Of a stretch of 64,000 nucleotides of DNA, positions 25,990-38,420 are shown in pieces (within the stretch, counting starts at the first letter, position 1; the number at the start of each line of letters is the position of its first letter). Below the pieces are notes generated by a model, which was not told the origin of the DNA, searched no databases, and saw only the letters and a list, made by a program, of their open reading frames with translations. A program made the translations under genes and the position numbers. This stretch comes from Octopus sinensis (lineage: Eukaryota), in NCBI RefSeq assembly GCF_006345805.1, contig NC_042997.1:4340001-4404000 (forward strand), given 5' to 3'.

Positions 25990-27740
25990 CATAGGTCTCT
26001 TAACAATACATACACAACAATGCTTCTTGCAGTCTTCAACATTTCTTCGTAGAATCGTAGGCAGCAATAGTATAACAGTTTTCTTACCATCAATTTTGCA
26101 GTATGAAAATAACATTTCTTTCAGGATACCTCAGGAAAAACAATGACATCCAGCGCTTTTTCTTTCTGCAAATCAGCGCTTGGACATACAGTGTTGCTTA
26201 TATCAATCAACTTGGGAAAGACACAGGATATCAAGTTGTGGATATCTAGACTGGTATGGAAGATCGGTAATCTTGGGCACAAAGGTTTGGATGATTCGGG
26301 AAATTGCTCGACGCGATATATACACATATAAAGTTACACAATGTTATTGAAGGGGTCCATGTGTACATTCGGACAAGGGCTTTGTGTTTGGCCAATATAC
26401 ATTTGATGCAACAGATGTGAGTTCTGTTTTGCAGCCCATTTTGATTTCTAAATATTATTCTTCAGCTGTGGAGCCAATAATTCCACGATTTTAAAAACAA
26501 ATTAACAGGTACCAAGATAAATCTGATGTCATTCGGATATCATCAACATTTTGGCAGTGCTGTTTATGCCAACAAGTGCTACATTATTTTTGATTGCCTT
26601 TCACTTTGAACGAGAGCTCGATCAGTATAAAATCTTTTATTTTGTTTCTAAGCCTCCATTTGCCGACTTTACTAATTTGTTGATACATGAATTGTCTTTC
26701 AACATGTATAGTATGTTGTTCTGAAATTTCTTATCCATATTTGTAGCTTCCTCCATTTAGTTCTATAAGTGTTTATTATAGTCTTGTATATCACGAGTAG
26801 GGAATATATCATCTGTTTGATTCAAAATCTCTTGAGCTCACTCAGGAATTTTCAATATCAAGCACAACACAAATTTTCTTGGTAGAATAGTATGTGATAT
26901 TAAGTGCCGTATGAGCTCCATGGCATGATATAAATTTCCTGCGTTGATGTGTATCTGTATTTTTAAATTTTATTTCTGGTGTGGCTATTGTAATGTTTTT
27001 CATTAATATCTTATTGATAAATAGCAGTTTAGTAATATTTAACGTATTTGCGAATATGCGAGTTGAAAAGTGACAGTCAAGAAATACATAAAATTCTTCT
27101 AAGATATTTAGATAGTTTGTGCAAGTTAGGGTATAAACATCAAGACATCTTTTGCATGATACCAGTATATATTTTCTAAAATCAGTGTCATAATCGTCCT
27201 CTTATAATTGATGTGTTCGCATGTACTAAAGAAAACTTGATACCTATAGTCGTATCTTTATACTGAAGATGATTTTTCTCATTGAAAAGAGGATGTTTAT
27301 TGAGAAGTATAAAATTGAAATGGTCTAATATAGTTTCTATGTTGAAAGTATTAGAAGATTTTGAAGCTTTTTTTAACTACAATTAGATTACTGATGTACT
27401 TAATTCGTGAGGAATTCATGTATAGAAGCTGGCTGCATCGAAAGTAACCAACAACCTATTCATTGATGTTGATGAGGTAGATCAGACAAGAAATTAATAC
27501 CTACCCAAATGTGACTTTGTATGAGGGGTACATTGTGGTTTCAGAATGCTGTGAAAATATGGTTAGGAGATGGTGAGGATATGCTCCGGAGCAGCTAAGA
27601 TAAACTTAAGTTCTACACGCTTTAATTGTAGCAATTTTACGTATTCACTCTACGTTCATTCTTTGTTGCACTGTGTATTTCCTTTCGTTTACAGACTGTG
27701 TTCTCTTCCTTTTTTCTGTTGTAAGCTGTTCGAACATAAA
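25990..27740 (-). mobile_element. Decayed Penelope-like element (RT + GIY-YIG), family B
   Basis: Minus-strand motifs in correct order: ELKF-ILAAP, ILKPQC, LLVTFDAASFYT*IPHEL, LQYKDTTIGIKFSLVHAN, KRCLDV (YLDD region), TDTHQ..FISCHGAHTALNITY..KICVV, then KMGCKT..C..C-HQMYIGQT (GIY-YIG). Confidence 0.85.
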
Positions 27741-28604
27741 AAATCGAAATATTCTTTCTTAAATATTTCCAGCGTTGTTCAGAACGCTTCATTAAGTGTG
27801 TTTTGGCTACAGTAACATTACAACTATTATTAAAAAAGATATATAAACGTACTTTTTGGTCGTTTAAAATAGATAAGGGCAATGCTGTCAAAGTGGTGGA
27901 AAATGCTGCATACGACAACAACTCCAATGTACTAGCGACGAAACCTCAAAATATAACGCTAACTGGAAAAGGAGTTGGTAGTTTGAGAGTAATTACTAAA
28001 CAAGGCGAGATACCGTAGAGAAAGAGGGAGAAAGAGCGAGACAGAGAGAAAGTGAAGTGAGAAATAGCACGTCGGATTTCAAAATCAGGAACTCGAACAA
28101 GCAAGGAGAAATTGGATCAAGGGTAGACATATGAGATTTGCAAAAATACGAGAATCGAATTGTGATGCTGAAAAATGATAACAAAGGAAGCTATGTAAAA
28201 CAATGAAGAGGAAAACGAGGGAAAGACAAGCAGATGTAATGATGACAAAAGCAACAAATAGCGAGTTCGAGGAAAAGGAAGGAGATATGTCTCTGAAAGA
28301 TATACATGAATATGGAAATTTATTTGCATGGGTTAAATATCTAAACAGAAATCAATAAGGTCTGACAATACGTAGTACGCACAAGATATTATAAAAGAAA
28401 TGACAGTATTATTAGTTACAATTGCACGTACGCACACACACAGGCACACACAAACACACGCACATATATTATATAGTAATGATCTCATGACGTTAATAAA
28501 AATCGTAAAGAAGAACAGACGAAAAAATCAAAGGACAACGGATATGGAATTAGGCTAAACATTGATGTACTATTTTCAAGTGTTGGTGCAACAATAGTAC
28601 TTTT

Positions 28605-28770
28605 GGGAGAGGAGAAAATTTTTTCAATCTTCCCCCGAGACCAACGGGTAATTATTTTGTCGTCCTTGAAATGATGAAAAGTAAATTCGACCTAGAGGGA
28701 ATTTGAACTCAGAATATAAAGGCAGACAAATTGCCACTAAGCATTTTGCTATCTATTCTGCCTGCTCAAT
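28605..28770 (-). mobile_element. tRNA-derived SINE (family A), decayed
   Basis: GATGAAAAGTAAATTCGACCTAGAGGGAATTTGAACTCAGAA..CTAAGCATTTTGC..TTCTGCC. Confidence 0.75.
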
Positions 28771-29487
28771 GCCTTGTTTGGGAAGTAATACTGCATTTAG
28801 AGACAAGTAATATTTCATATGGTAATATTTTTTTTCGGAAAGGAAGAAGAAATGTTGGGAGAGAGAGATGAGGAATAAAAATAGCTAAAAGCGCTAGGAA
28901 ATGAAGTGATGAGAACAGTTGGTTAAAAATTTCCAGGGAGAAAAGAAAAAAGTATTCCAAGAAAAAAAGAACAGATTTCGGAAAAATATTACATTCCGAA
29001 ATAGAGGGAGACTATAAAATATAATCCGGTACAATGAAGTTGGAACGCGGGCTTCGAATCTAGAGTAAGTTTGTTTAAATGTTAAATATGTAATATCGAC
29101 GATGAAAGTAGTAGTTAAACTCTTGAGAAGTGTAATGGCTGTAGTATATTTTACAACTTTGGAATGCTAGGTATTATTCAGGAAGGAAAAACAAGGAGAA
29201 TTGGAAGTGAGATGCAAGAGAAATATAAAATGGAGGTTAGGAAATAAAATGAAAAGTAAGAAAATGTAAGAGAAAGAAATGTCGAAAGAATAATGCAGAG
29301 AAAAAACATAACATAGTAAGGGATGAGTAGTTTAGTCCAAAATGATATTCAAAATGATATAATTGCCATATAAGGTGATGATTCAAAGTGTTGATCAAAG
29401 TATGTATTTCAAGGTCGTATCTCAAGAGGGTCTGTGAGAGCGTTCCCTCAATATATATTTGTTTCAAATTTTTGCACAGGACAAGGA

Positions 29488-29670
29488 ATTTGTGGAGAGG
29501 GAGCAACGCGATTTCATCCACGCCAGTGATCAAATGGTACTTCTTTTATCTACCCAGAAGGATGAAAGGCAATGCTGACCACGGCTGAATTTGAGCACAT
29601 ATCGTAAACACGGACGAAATGCCGCTAAACACTTTGTCCGTTGTGTTAACACTTCTGCAAGCTTGCCACA
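29488..29670 (-). mobile_element. tRNA-derived SINE (family A), decayed
   Basis: GAAGGATGAAAGGCAATGCTGACCACGGCTGAATTTGAGC..CGAAATGCCGCTAAACAC..TTCTGCAAGCTTGCCAC. Confidence 0.75.
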
Positions 29671-31397
29671 TTATATGGTCAATAAATATTGCAAAGGAAA
29701 CAGAATCAAATGAACGTTTGACATACATGTTATTATTTTTAACGCATATGCCGAAGTGACATTTCTGACAATTTGTCTTTAGAAAAAGAGAATTTTGTGA
29801 GAGGACAAAATGTGATCAAGGGAATAGTAGGATCAATTTACAGGTGCATGGAAACCAAATGTTTACCTGAGAGGAGCAAAAAATTATAAAGAATTGAAAA
29901 AGGGTGAAGATTTTCGTGGAAGGTTAGTACAGTGCAAAACTTATCTTTTACCAAATGTGCTCCGGGCTGTAATAGTGATAATGTTCAAGAGTGCACATCA
30001 AATTTCGAACTCTGTTCATAAATTTTGAGAGAATCAGTGTTAGTAAAAAATTTTTAAGTAATTTCAAATATAACAGAACATCATTCACGATGACTTAAGT
30101 GTCTACAACTGAGTGAGCTAATCGGTATCATAATTTTCTATAATCTACAATATATTAGCATAAAGCTTAGTCGGCTATAATGATTGTCCAAATGACCTCT
30201 TGTGGACGGCTTTGCACCACTCAGTGTGTCAAATGTTACTGAAAATAAATCTAATATTATAAAAAATGAAATATACAAACTATTGAATGCAAAGATATGA
30301 TAAGTTCCTAAATCATACATCATCACATTTCTTTCAAGCATCATCATTATGTTCTTTAAATTTAATCAGGAATTATGTTTTATTTCCTATACAACTGCTG
30401 TTTTTTTGTGCATAGCCTAAACCAGTCTAAAGTAATATTCTGAAAGTTTCATAGAAATTCAAATTAACTCAACCATAAATATTTCCTCTGGTTAATTAAA
30501 TGATTTCAGAAAATAGATTACGGTTCACTGCTGAGATTTACCGGCAATATCTTCATTTTGATATATTTTACTCTGTGTTTTCATGAATGTCTTGCTGTGA
30601 GTCTATGAATACAGTTTCAAAAGGATATGACCTACAAGATGTTTCATACTTTTGAATGCTGCAAGCAAGATTAAATAACAGTTCGCTTTTCATTTCGACA
30701 TCGGTAGTAACGTTAATAACTTTATCTTTAAATTGTACCAATGTAACACGTTAGATTTCTGTAGGGGAAGAGTAAAGTAAAATGAAGTCTAATAGAAGAT
30801 TAGTACAAGGCATATTTTGTGTATTCATACGGTTACTTCTTAAGTTTATTTTATACATATCAGCAAAATATACATGGTTACGTAGAATGCATATAATGTG
30901 AAAATCACACACACGCGTACATACATACATACATACATACATATAAACAAAATAAAGAATTATTTTAGTTAAAGTAATCATGTGTAGGATATTAATACAA
31001 ACTCACAGAGTAACATTAAATTATATAATTTCTCTTTGAAGTAAATCAAATATATTCGAATACCTACAAGTAGATAACAATACAACAGAATTCATCAGGC
31101 GCCATACTAAGATGCCATTAATTCATGGAAAGTATTTTTTAAAATATTATTATAATAAAGAACAATAATATTACACGTTATTGTTAAAAGCAGTCTACTT
31201 AGAATCCACAGGAATTTAGAAATGTATATATAAGAGATATGTCTAGGTTCAAAAGCTCATTTTAATACCCAAGAATATTTCGTTCTCAATAAACAGTGAA
31301 ACATACGCTAGGAGAGTATTTCGATAAAATTATAGTTTGTTACACTTAAGATGGATAACACTCCAATAATGTATTTTATATATATTAATCATAAAGC

Positions 31398-31515
31398 TAC
31401 GGACATGCCGGGGCACCACCTTCAAATGTTTGTTTGAAGAAATCGATTCCAGTACTAATATTTTAAAAGTTTGCTTCTTATATTAGTCAGTTTGTTTTGT
31501 GGAACTGCAACGTCA
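31398..31515 (-). mobile_element. SINE 3' fragment (family seen also at 55.1 kb)
   Basis: GGACATGCCGGGGCACCACCTT..AAATCGATTCCAGTACT is similar to 55130-55200. Confidence 0.5.
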
Positions 31516-32203
31516 CGAGGGAATCAACTAATTAATAATATTGGATGTGCTTCTGGGTGGGGTACGAAAACAAAGACACAGATACATAAATATACATACC
31601 TGATAGCCTTCTACAAAGTTCCGTCTATTAAATTCTCTCAGAAGTGATTTATCGGTCAGCGGCTGTAGCAGAGACTTGCCTGAGAAAGCACGCACTGAAA
31701 ATGAATTAGAAACCAAATGGTTCCAAAACGTGCTTCTTAACCACATTGCCATGCTTGCACTAACAATGGTACAACTTTATGGGATATTTATTGTTTTTCG
31801 AAGAATACTTTTTTTAGTAGCGGTATTCAGGACTATGTGCAAAGTGACATTAATAATACAAGTCGTAAGGGAGAATTATTGAAGTAACTGAATTTCTGAG
31901 AAAATAAAAGAAACTGTTGATTCAGCAAGATGATGAAGAAAAGACCAAGTGAGTGAGAAGAAAGTATTTAAAAAATATATACCAAGAATGACTATGTAAA
32001 ATCCGATTAATCGAACTAGACAGTTACTTATACTCTGAAAGTAAATATTAGGCTACCGTATTTATTTTTGCAAACCTTAAATGTACCACCAAGTATATTA
32101 ACGCTTTATAAGTCAATGCTGTGTCCTATTATACATTAGCAATGCATTGTTTACATTTCTTAAAGTGAATTTCAACAGAATTTCGTAGAACTTAACACAG
32201 AAA

Positions 32204-32315
32204 CATTATTTACATTTTCACGGTTTTTGTCCTCATCTGTTATACCCTACAGCCTTCATCAGGTGTCTTGGGGAAATTTCGAACCTAGGTTTTCATTCCT
32301 AAGGTAGTTTTCAAC
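32204..32315 (-). mobile_element. Hammerhead tail (family 1), GAAA half deleted
   Basis: Minus strand GACAC-CTGATGA-AGGCTGTAGGGTATA joined directly to ACAGATGAGGACAAAA; otherwise matches the 12.1, 36.6, 37.0 and 59.0 kb copies. Confidence 0.85.
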
Positions 32316-32319
32316 GTTC

Positions 32320-32496
32320 ATCTTCTTCTTCTTCTTCTTCTTCTTCTTCTTCTTCTTCTTCTTCTTCTTCTTCTTCTTCTTCTTCTTCTTCTTCTTCTTC
32401 TTCTTCTTCTTCTTCTTCTTCTTCTTCTTCTTCTTCTTCTTCTCCTTCTTCTTCTTCTTCTTCTTCTTCTTCTTCTCCTTCTTCTTCTTCTTCTCC

Positions 32497-32543
<47 letters not shown>

Positions 32544-32582
32544 GTTATTATTATTATTGCTGTTGTTATTATTATTATTATT
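32320..32582. repeat. (CTT)n followed by (ATT)n microsatellite
   Basis: Seen directly. Confidence 0.95.
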
Positions 32583-32622
32583 CGAAATCTTTGTTTTAGT
32601 AGACCGTGCAATTAACAACTAC

Positions 32623-32855
32623 GCATGTTTCGCCTTTGTATAAACCTACCACAGTGGCATGGGATGGAGTACATACAGGTCTTGAATTTTCTCTTGTTTT
32701 GGTGGTTTTACGCAAAGGAGATATGTGCGAAGTGGTATATTACTTTTGAATACTATCCTGATATCAAATATGCCGCATATTTTGTATCTTTTCAGAGTTG
32801 CCTTTCACATAGGGTAGACAGACTGTGGACTGTTTATCAGTGTCATCCCTTCTTC
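32623..32855 (-). mobile_element. PLE thumb-linker/GIY-YIG N-terminal fragment (family C)
   Basis: LPYVKGNSEKIQ..DIRIVFKSNIPLRTYLLCVKPP..CMYSIPCHCGR..KGETC. Confidence 0.8.
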
Positions 32856-33029
32856 AGTTCATAATTGGAGTGGAAACTATGCTTTTGGGGTAGTTGCTGC
32901 TTAATAGATTGTTACTGAGATTGATCATTTCTTCGTGGTGGGTGTCACGATCTCTACTTATATTCATTGCTCGATGTTGTAGGCACTGACTGATCCCTCT
33001 CTTTACACTTTACACTCATTCCATTGAAA

Positions 33030-33225
33030 CAACCAATAGAAGTGAATATGACCAAGAACTGTATGTAATCCATCCCATGCAGCTGTGGTAGGCTATTCAA
33101 AGGCGAAACATGCCGCTCCCTCAAAATAATGGTAGAGGAACATCACAAAGCTGTGACACGAAGAGATATTGATAAATCGATTATGGAAGGAAAAATGGAG
33201 ACCACCACCTCCTGTTCCCATTTGA
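33030..33225 (+). mobile_element. PLE GIY-YIG fragment (family C), opposite orientation
   Basis: PIEVNMTKNCM*SIPCSCGRLFKGETCRSLKIMVEEHHKAVTRRDIDKS. Confidence 0.85.
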
Positions 33226-33930
33226 GTAAACCCATAAGGTAATCAGAGATAGAAAGAAAGGTAATTGGTGTTTATGCATATTCGGGTGTTATTGCTCCTT
33301 CCTCAACGCTAGAGACATCCAATTAATTATCCAGATACATATTGATTAAAATAGCCACTAAGTTTAGCAGTTTAACACCACTTGTTTGACCAATTTACAT
33401 ATAAAACATATTCCTGGCAACTGGTAGATATGTGTTAATTGCTGGCAAATTTACCATCGTTACTGTCGCAAATATATTATACTACCATGAACATTAAAGC
33501 TTTATGAAATAAATTTATCAAATTAAAAGGAGACAAAAGTAACTTATAAAGCTTTTGTATACGTGGAAGTATATTATGTTTATAAAATAAAATGCGCTAA
33601 GCCTAACAGCAAATAGTATGTAGACAGCAGTGGCCAGCAAACATTTTAGTATGTAAACTGGATTACCCAACAGCGTTAAGCTGCTAAATATAATAGGTAT
33701 TTAAGCAACGTATCTCTTGAGAGCTAATGAGTTGAATATGGTGCTGAACAAACAGCAATAATGTCTGGAATATGAATATACATAGACTACCTATTTTTTA
33801 TATCAGAATGCATCGTCTACAAAGATTTATTAGCACACGAAAGGTAATAATTTTCAGTGCTGGCCTAAATTCTACAGAAAGTCACTAAACATACACTTAT
33901 ATATATATATACATATATAAAATTTATAAT

Positions 33931-34464
33931 TAAGGGCAAACGAAAGAATTCCAAATGCCAAATGTGCCGAAATTAGAAACATTGTCCATAACCATATAGT
34001 TTATCACAATAAGCACGCTACTCGAAAAAGGTCGACAAAAATCATCCCTAAAAAATTACGTCAGTAACATATCGAACCGATTTCAGTGTTAGTTCATAAG
34101 AACCCTCTCTTCGTCCGTGATAAGTGCGGCAAAAGAAATAAATGAAATACTTACTTATACCCATGGAAGAAGCACGCACTATGTCATGAGCACATGACTT
34201 ACTTGTGCTCATGACTTAGCGTTTGCTACTTCCATGGGTATGACTAAGTATTTCATTTATTTCTTTTGCCACATTTATCACTGACGAAGGGACGATTCTC
34301 ATGAACTAACCCGGAAATCGGTCCGATATGGTACTAACGTAATTTTTAGAGATTTTTGACGACCTTTTTCGAGCAGCGTGGGTATTGTGATAGATTTTAT
34401 GGTTATGGACAATGTGTCTAATTTCAGCATTTTTTGGCATTTGAAATGTTTTCGTTTGCCCTTA
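33931..34464. mobile_element. Fold-back (palindromic) MITE-like element, ~530 bp
   Basis: 33931-34194 is an imperfect reverse complement of 34204-34464 with a 9-nt loop. Ends are TAAGGGCAAACGAAA..TTTCGTTTGCCCTTA; flanks TTTATAAT / TTTATAAG could be an 8-bp TSD. Confidence 0.9.
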
Positions 34465-34558
34465 TTTATAAGTTGATTATAAATTTAACCTTCAATGGTA
34501 TTTTTGATATGCCGGTCATTAATTCATTTTTTTTCGAAAAAAAAGTTTTATCCTACAT

Positions 34559-34623
<65 letters not shown>

Positions 34624-34839
34624 AACATATATATGTATGTATGTATATATATACATATATATACGTATGTATGTATGTATATATAATATATGTATGTATG
34701 TATATATATATATATGTATGTATGTATATGTATATATATATATATATGTGTATATGTATATATATATATACATATATTTATATATATATATATATATATG
34801 TATGCATGTATGTATGTATGTATATGTATATATTAAAAA

Positions 34840-35010
34840 CATTGTTTTCTTAGCTATCCACAAGGAGCTAAACACAGAGAGAACAGACAAAAACAGACAA
34901 ATGGATTAAGTCGATTACATCGACCCCAGTGCGTAACTGGTATATATTTAATCGACCCCGAAAGGATGAAAGGCAAAGTCGACCTCGGGGCAATTTAAAC
35001 TCAGAACATG
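34840..35010 (-). mobile_element. tRNA-derived SINE (family A), 5'-truncated; duplicated at 35533-35700
   Basis: GGATTAAGTCGATTACATCGACCCCAGTGCGTAACTGG..CGACCCCGAAAGGATGAAAGGCAAAGTCGACCTCGG..AAACTCAGAAC. Confidence 0.9.
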
Positions 35011-35024
35011 GTATATTAATAATA

Positions 35025-35200
35025 TTGTGACAACACAAGAATCTATGAGCCTTCGATATTATGTAAAATAGAGGAATTTATCTATAAATATTTGGATACC
35101 GGGGCTGATATATGCTCCGTCATCTCATCAGTTATTAAGGGAAAACGCTATCAATAAACCGTTAAATAAAGGGAAATTACTCCAATAGGCATGGTGAAGG
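35025..35200 (-). mobile_element. Hammerhead-bearing repeat family 2, internally deleted; duplicated at 35715-35890
   Basis: Minus strand AATAA-CTGATGA-GATG..TATC-C-AAA; homologous to 47040-47280 on both sides of the deletion. Confidence 0.7.
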
Positions 35201-35259
35201 TAATACTTCATTCATAGATACCTATAGGCACACATATACACACACATGCATATACGCAC

Positions 35260-35339
<80 letters not shown>

Positions 35340-35388
35340 TGTGTGTGTGTGTGGTGTGTGTGTGTGTATATATATATATGTGTATATG

Positions 35389-35419
<31 letters not shown>

Positions 35420-35950
35420 ATGTATATATATATATATGTGTATATGTATATATATATATACATATATTTATATATATATATATATATATAATATATGTAT
35501 GTATGTATGTATGTATATGTATATATTAAAAACATTGTTTTCTTAGCTATCCACAAGGAGCTAAACACAGAGAGAACAGACAAAAACAGACAAATGGATT
35601 AAGTCGATTACATCGACCCCAGTGCGTAACTGGTATATATTTAATCGACCCCGAAAGGATGAAAGGCAAAGTCGACCTTGGGGCAATTTAAACTCAGAAC
35701 ATGGTATATTAATAATATTGTGACAACACAAGAATCTATGAGCCTTCGATATTATGTAAAATAGAGGAATTATCTATAAATATTTGGATACCGGGGCTGA
35801 TATATGCTCCGTCATCTCATCAGTTATTAAGGGAAAACGCTATCAATAAACCGTTAAATAAGGGAAATTACTCCAATAGGCATGGTGAAGGTAATACTTC
35901 ATTCATAGATACCTATAGGCACACATATACACACACATGCATATACGCAC

Positions 35951-36015
<65 letters not shown>

Positions 36016-36031
36016 ATATGTGTGTGTGTGT

Positions 36032-36090
<59 letters not shown>

Positions 36091-36579
36091 ACATACTCAC
36101 ACGCGCGAATACATGTACATACAAACACACATATACATATATATCTTCGCATATAAGCACATACACACGCATATATACTCATGCACACATGTCTAAGCTC
36201 ATATATAAATCTCTAGATGCACACTCACATAGATTCACGGATATACAAAACATAGTTTATACACATATGCATATACATACGTAGAAAAATAGTATATACA
36301 AATGTAAACACATACGCAAAAACGCACTCATCAGACATTGATATACACATCTCTATACTCACACCCGCGAATATACAAAGCATAATCTATACACACATGC
36401 TGATATATACGCGGATAGACGTATATACAAATAAAACACGCAAAAATAGCATATACCGTAAAACATTCACCTCCGCCATAAAACTTGATTATACAAATGA
36501 GTTATATATATATATATAGAGAGAGAGAGACACACAGATACACACGCATTCTCAGACAAAAATAAAAACAAATAAAAAC

Positions 36580-36854
36580 ATTATTTACATTATTTTCCTT
36601 TTGACAGATTTTACCCCCATCTTGTTTCTTGTTAACTCAACGTTTCAGCTGATACACCCTCATCAGGTGTCTTGAGGAAGTTTCCAACGCGGGTTCTCAT
36701 TCCTAAGGTATTTTATTTTTTGATCTTGTTGTTGTTGTTGTTATTATTATTATTATTATTATTATTCAGTTCACTGCCTGGAATCGAACTCTGATTCTTT
36801 GGGTTAGCAGTCCGCGCTCTTAACCAATACGCCATATGCCCGCGAGCAAATAGT

Positions 36855-36938
<84 letters not shown>

Positions 36939-37125
36939 TCAACAACAACAACATCGACAAGTACCTTATGAATGAGAACCTAGGTTCGAAATTTCCTCAA
37001 GACACATGGTGAAGGCTGGAGGGTATATCAGCCGTAACGTTGTGTTAACAACAAAGAGGATGAGGACAAAATACATCAAAATGTAAATAATCTATATAAT
37101 TCCTCCTCTCTTAAATATAGAACTG
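36580..37125. mobile_element. Palindromic tRNA-head / hammerhead element (family 1), both tails present
   Basis: Order: tail(-) with CTGATGA..GAAACGTT (36671-36634), (ATT/GTT)n, tRNA-like head(-) 36767-36840, remnant of a second head, (AAT/AAC)n, tail(+) with a mutated hammerhead at 37001-37046. Confidence 0.85.
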
Positions 37126-37569
37126 CATTAACACAAATAAAAACTCATACGCAAAAAAGCGCATAAACCGTAAAACATTCACCTTCACCGCAAAACTTGA
37201 ATATAGAAATATGTTATATATGTATATACACAAACGCACCCGCCAGTCTGACAAGCATATCTACACCTGCAGGCAAATAAGTATGCATACATAGATATAT
37301 GTGTGTATGAAGGAAGAAGACCAATGTAGAGTCTTGCACTCGTATACATACAATCATTTGCACACATGTATATATGCACGCACATATACATTAGGTATAT
37401 AGTACACGCGTATAAGTTACATAATTTTAAAGGGTGAAAATAATATACATAAAAATATATATGAAGTAATAAAATGTATATAAATCTATAAGAGATGTTA
37501 AGACATATGGAAGGCTTGTACGTGGACATAATATAAAAATAGGTTCTATCTGTGAACTTGGGAAGTCCA

Positions 37570-38420
37570 AAAACGTAGGAAATGTTTTGCCGTATGTGGT
37601 CATGATCCAAAAAGTTCAGTTCTTGTATTTAGACACGTAGCGGGGTTTAAAGAACTTTTCCAGATAAGCCATCTTTCCATATCGCAAAGACCGCACTTTC
37701 TACTGCTGTTGGTGTAAGGCCTACAATTCGCCAAGATCTTCCAGTGAATCTTATAGTTGACACCTTTTTCTTTTGAGGACCATATATAAGTAGATAATTT
37801 GGTAGTTTTCCTTTTATCCTATGTCTGAAGCTTAACGTGTGGTTGTTGAACCTGGCGTTAAAACTTCCCTCATTGAGACCCACATATTTCTTTGACGGTA
37901 CTATGTTCTTAATTGTTGTAGATTCCACGGTGGCTTCCTAAATGTTGGCCTGGGTCATACAAGCTGCATTTAGCGGGCACAAATGTTTAACTCTGCAAGA
38001 ACAGCCGGCTTCATTTAGTTGTTTTTGTCTGTTGTGTTCAATAATATATTTTTAAAGTTAGTAGTAGAACTAATACTAATTTTGAAGTTATGCCTCTTAA
38101 AGAGCTCTCTATAATTATTATTGATCGGAAAATTCCTATTTATAAGATACAAGAAGTATCTACCTATATTAAAGGTGGTGTGAAATAGATCATTTTCCTA
38201 TTCATATTCTCCCTTTTCTTTGCTACTGGACTAATGATAGGTGTATAGGTTATGTCCTTATGTCCTCGCTGAAACCACTATCTGTTAAAGCTTTATTATA
38301 TATTGGAGCAACTTTATTAAAAATATTTATATTGGAGGAGAGACTAGAATTCTCTTCCTAATGTTTTTAACTATATATAAGGGGGAGTGGTGTATACTGT
38401 CATAGTTTGTTTCAGTTACT
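37570..38420 (-). mobile_element. Penelope-like element thumb + GIY-YIG fragment (family A)
   Basis: SSLSSNINIFNKVAPIYNKALTDSGF, NIGRYFLYLINRNFP..FKRHNFKIS, GCSCRVKHLCPLNAACMTQANI*EATV, KYVGLNEGSFNARFNNHTLSFRH, LSTYIWSSK..YKIHWKIL..RKCGLC..LNTRTELF. Confidence 0.92.

Larger units (their letters stand above)
34559..35955. repeat. Near-identical ~690-700-bp tandem duplication with breakpoints in (TA)n
   Basis: 34831-35263 matches 35524-35953 except for one substitution and homopolymer indels. Confidence 0.95.

Noticed and set aside
26370-26440. Tyrosine phosphatase YWP or P-loop-like GCKT motif
   Set aside because: Better explained as frameshifted PLE GIY-YIG sequence (YIGQT in the adjacent frame, RT upstream).
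30580-30785. Minus-strand coding exon after a strong acceptor (TTTACTCTTCCCCTACAG)
   Set aside because: All three frames hit a stop within 23 codons of the acceptor, and the 60-codon open frame starts after a TAA. A similar strong acceptor at ~44699 also leads to stops.
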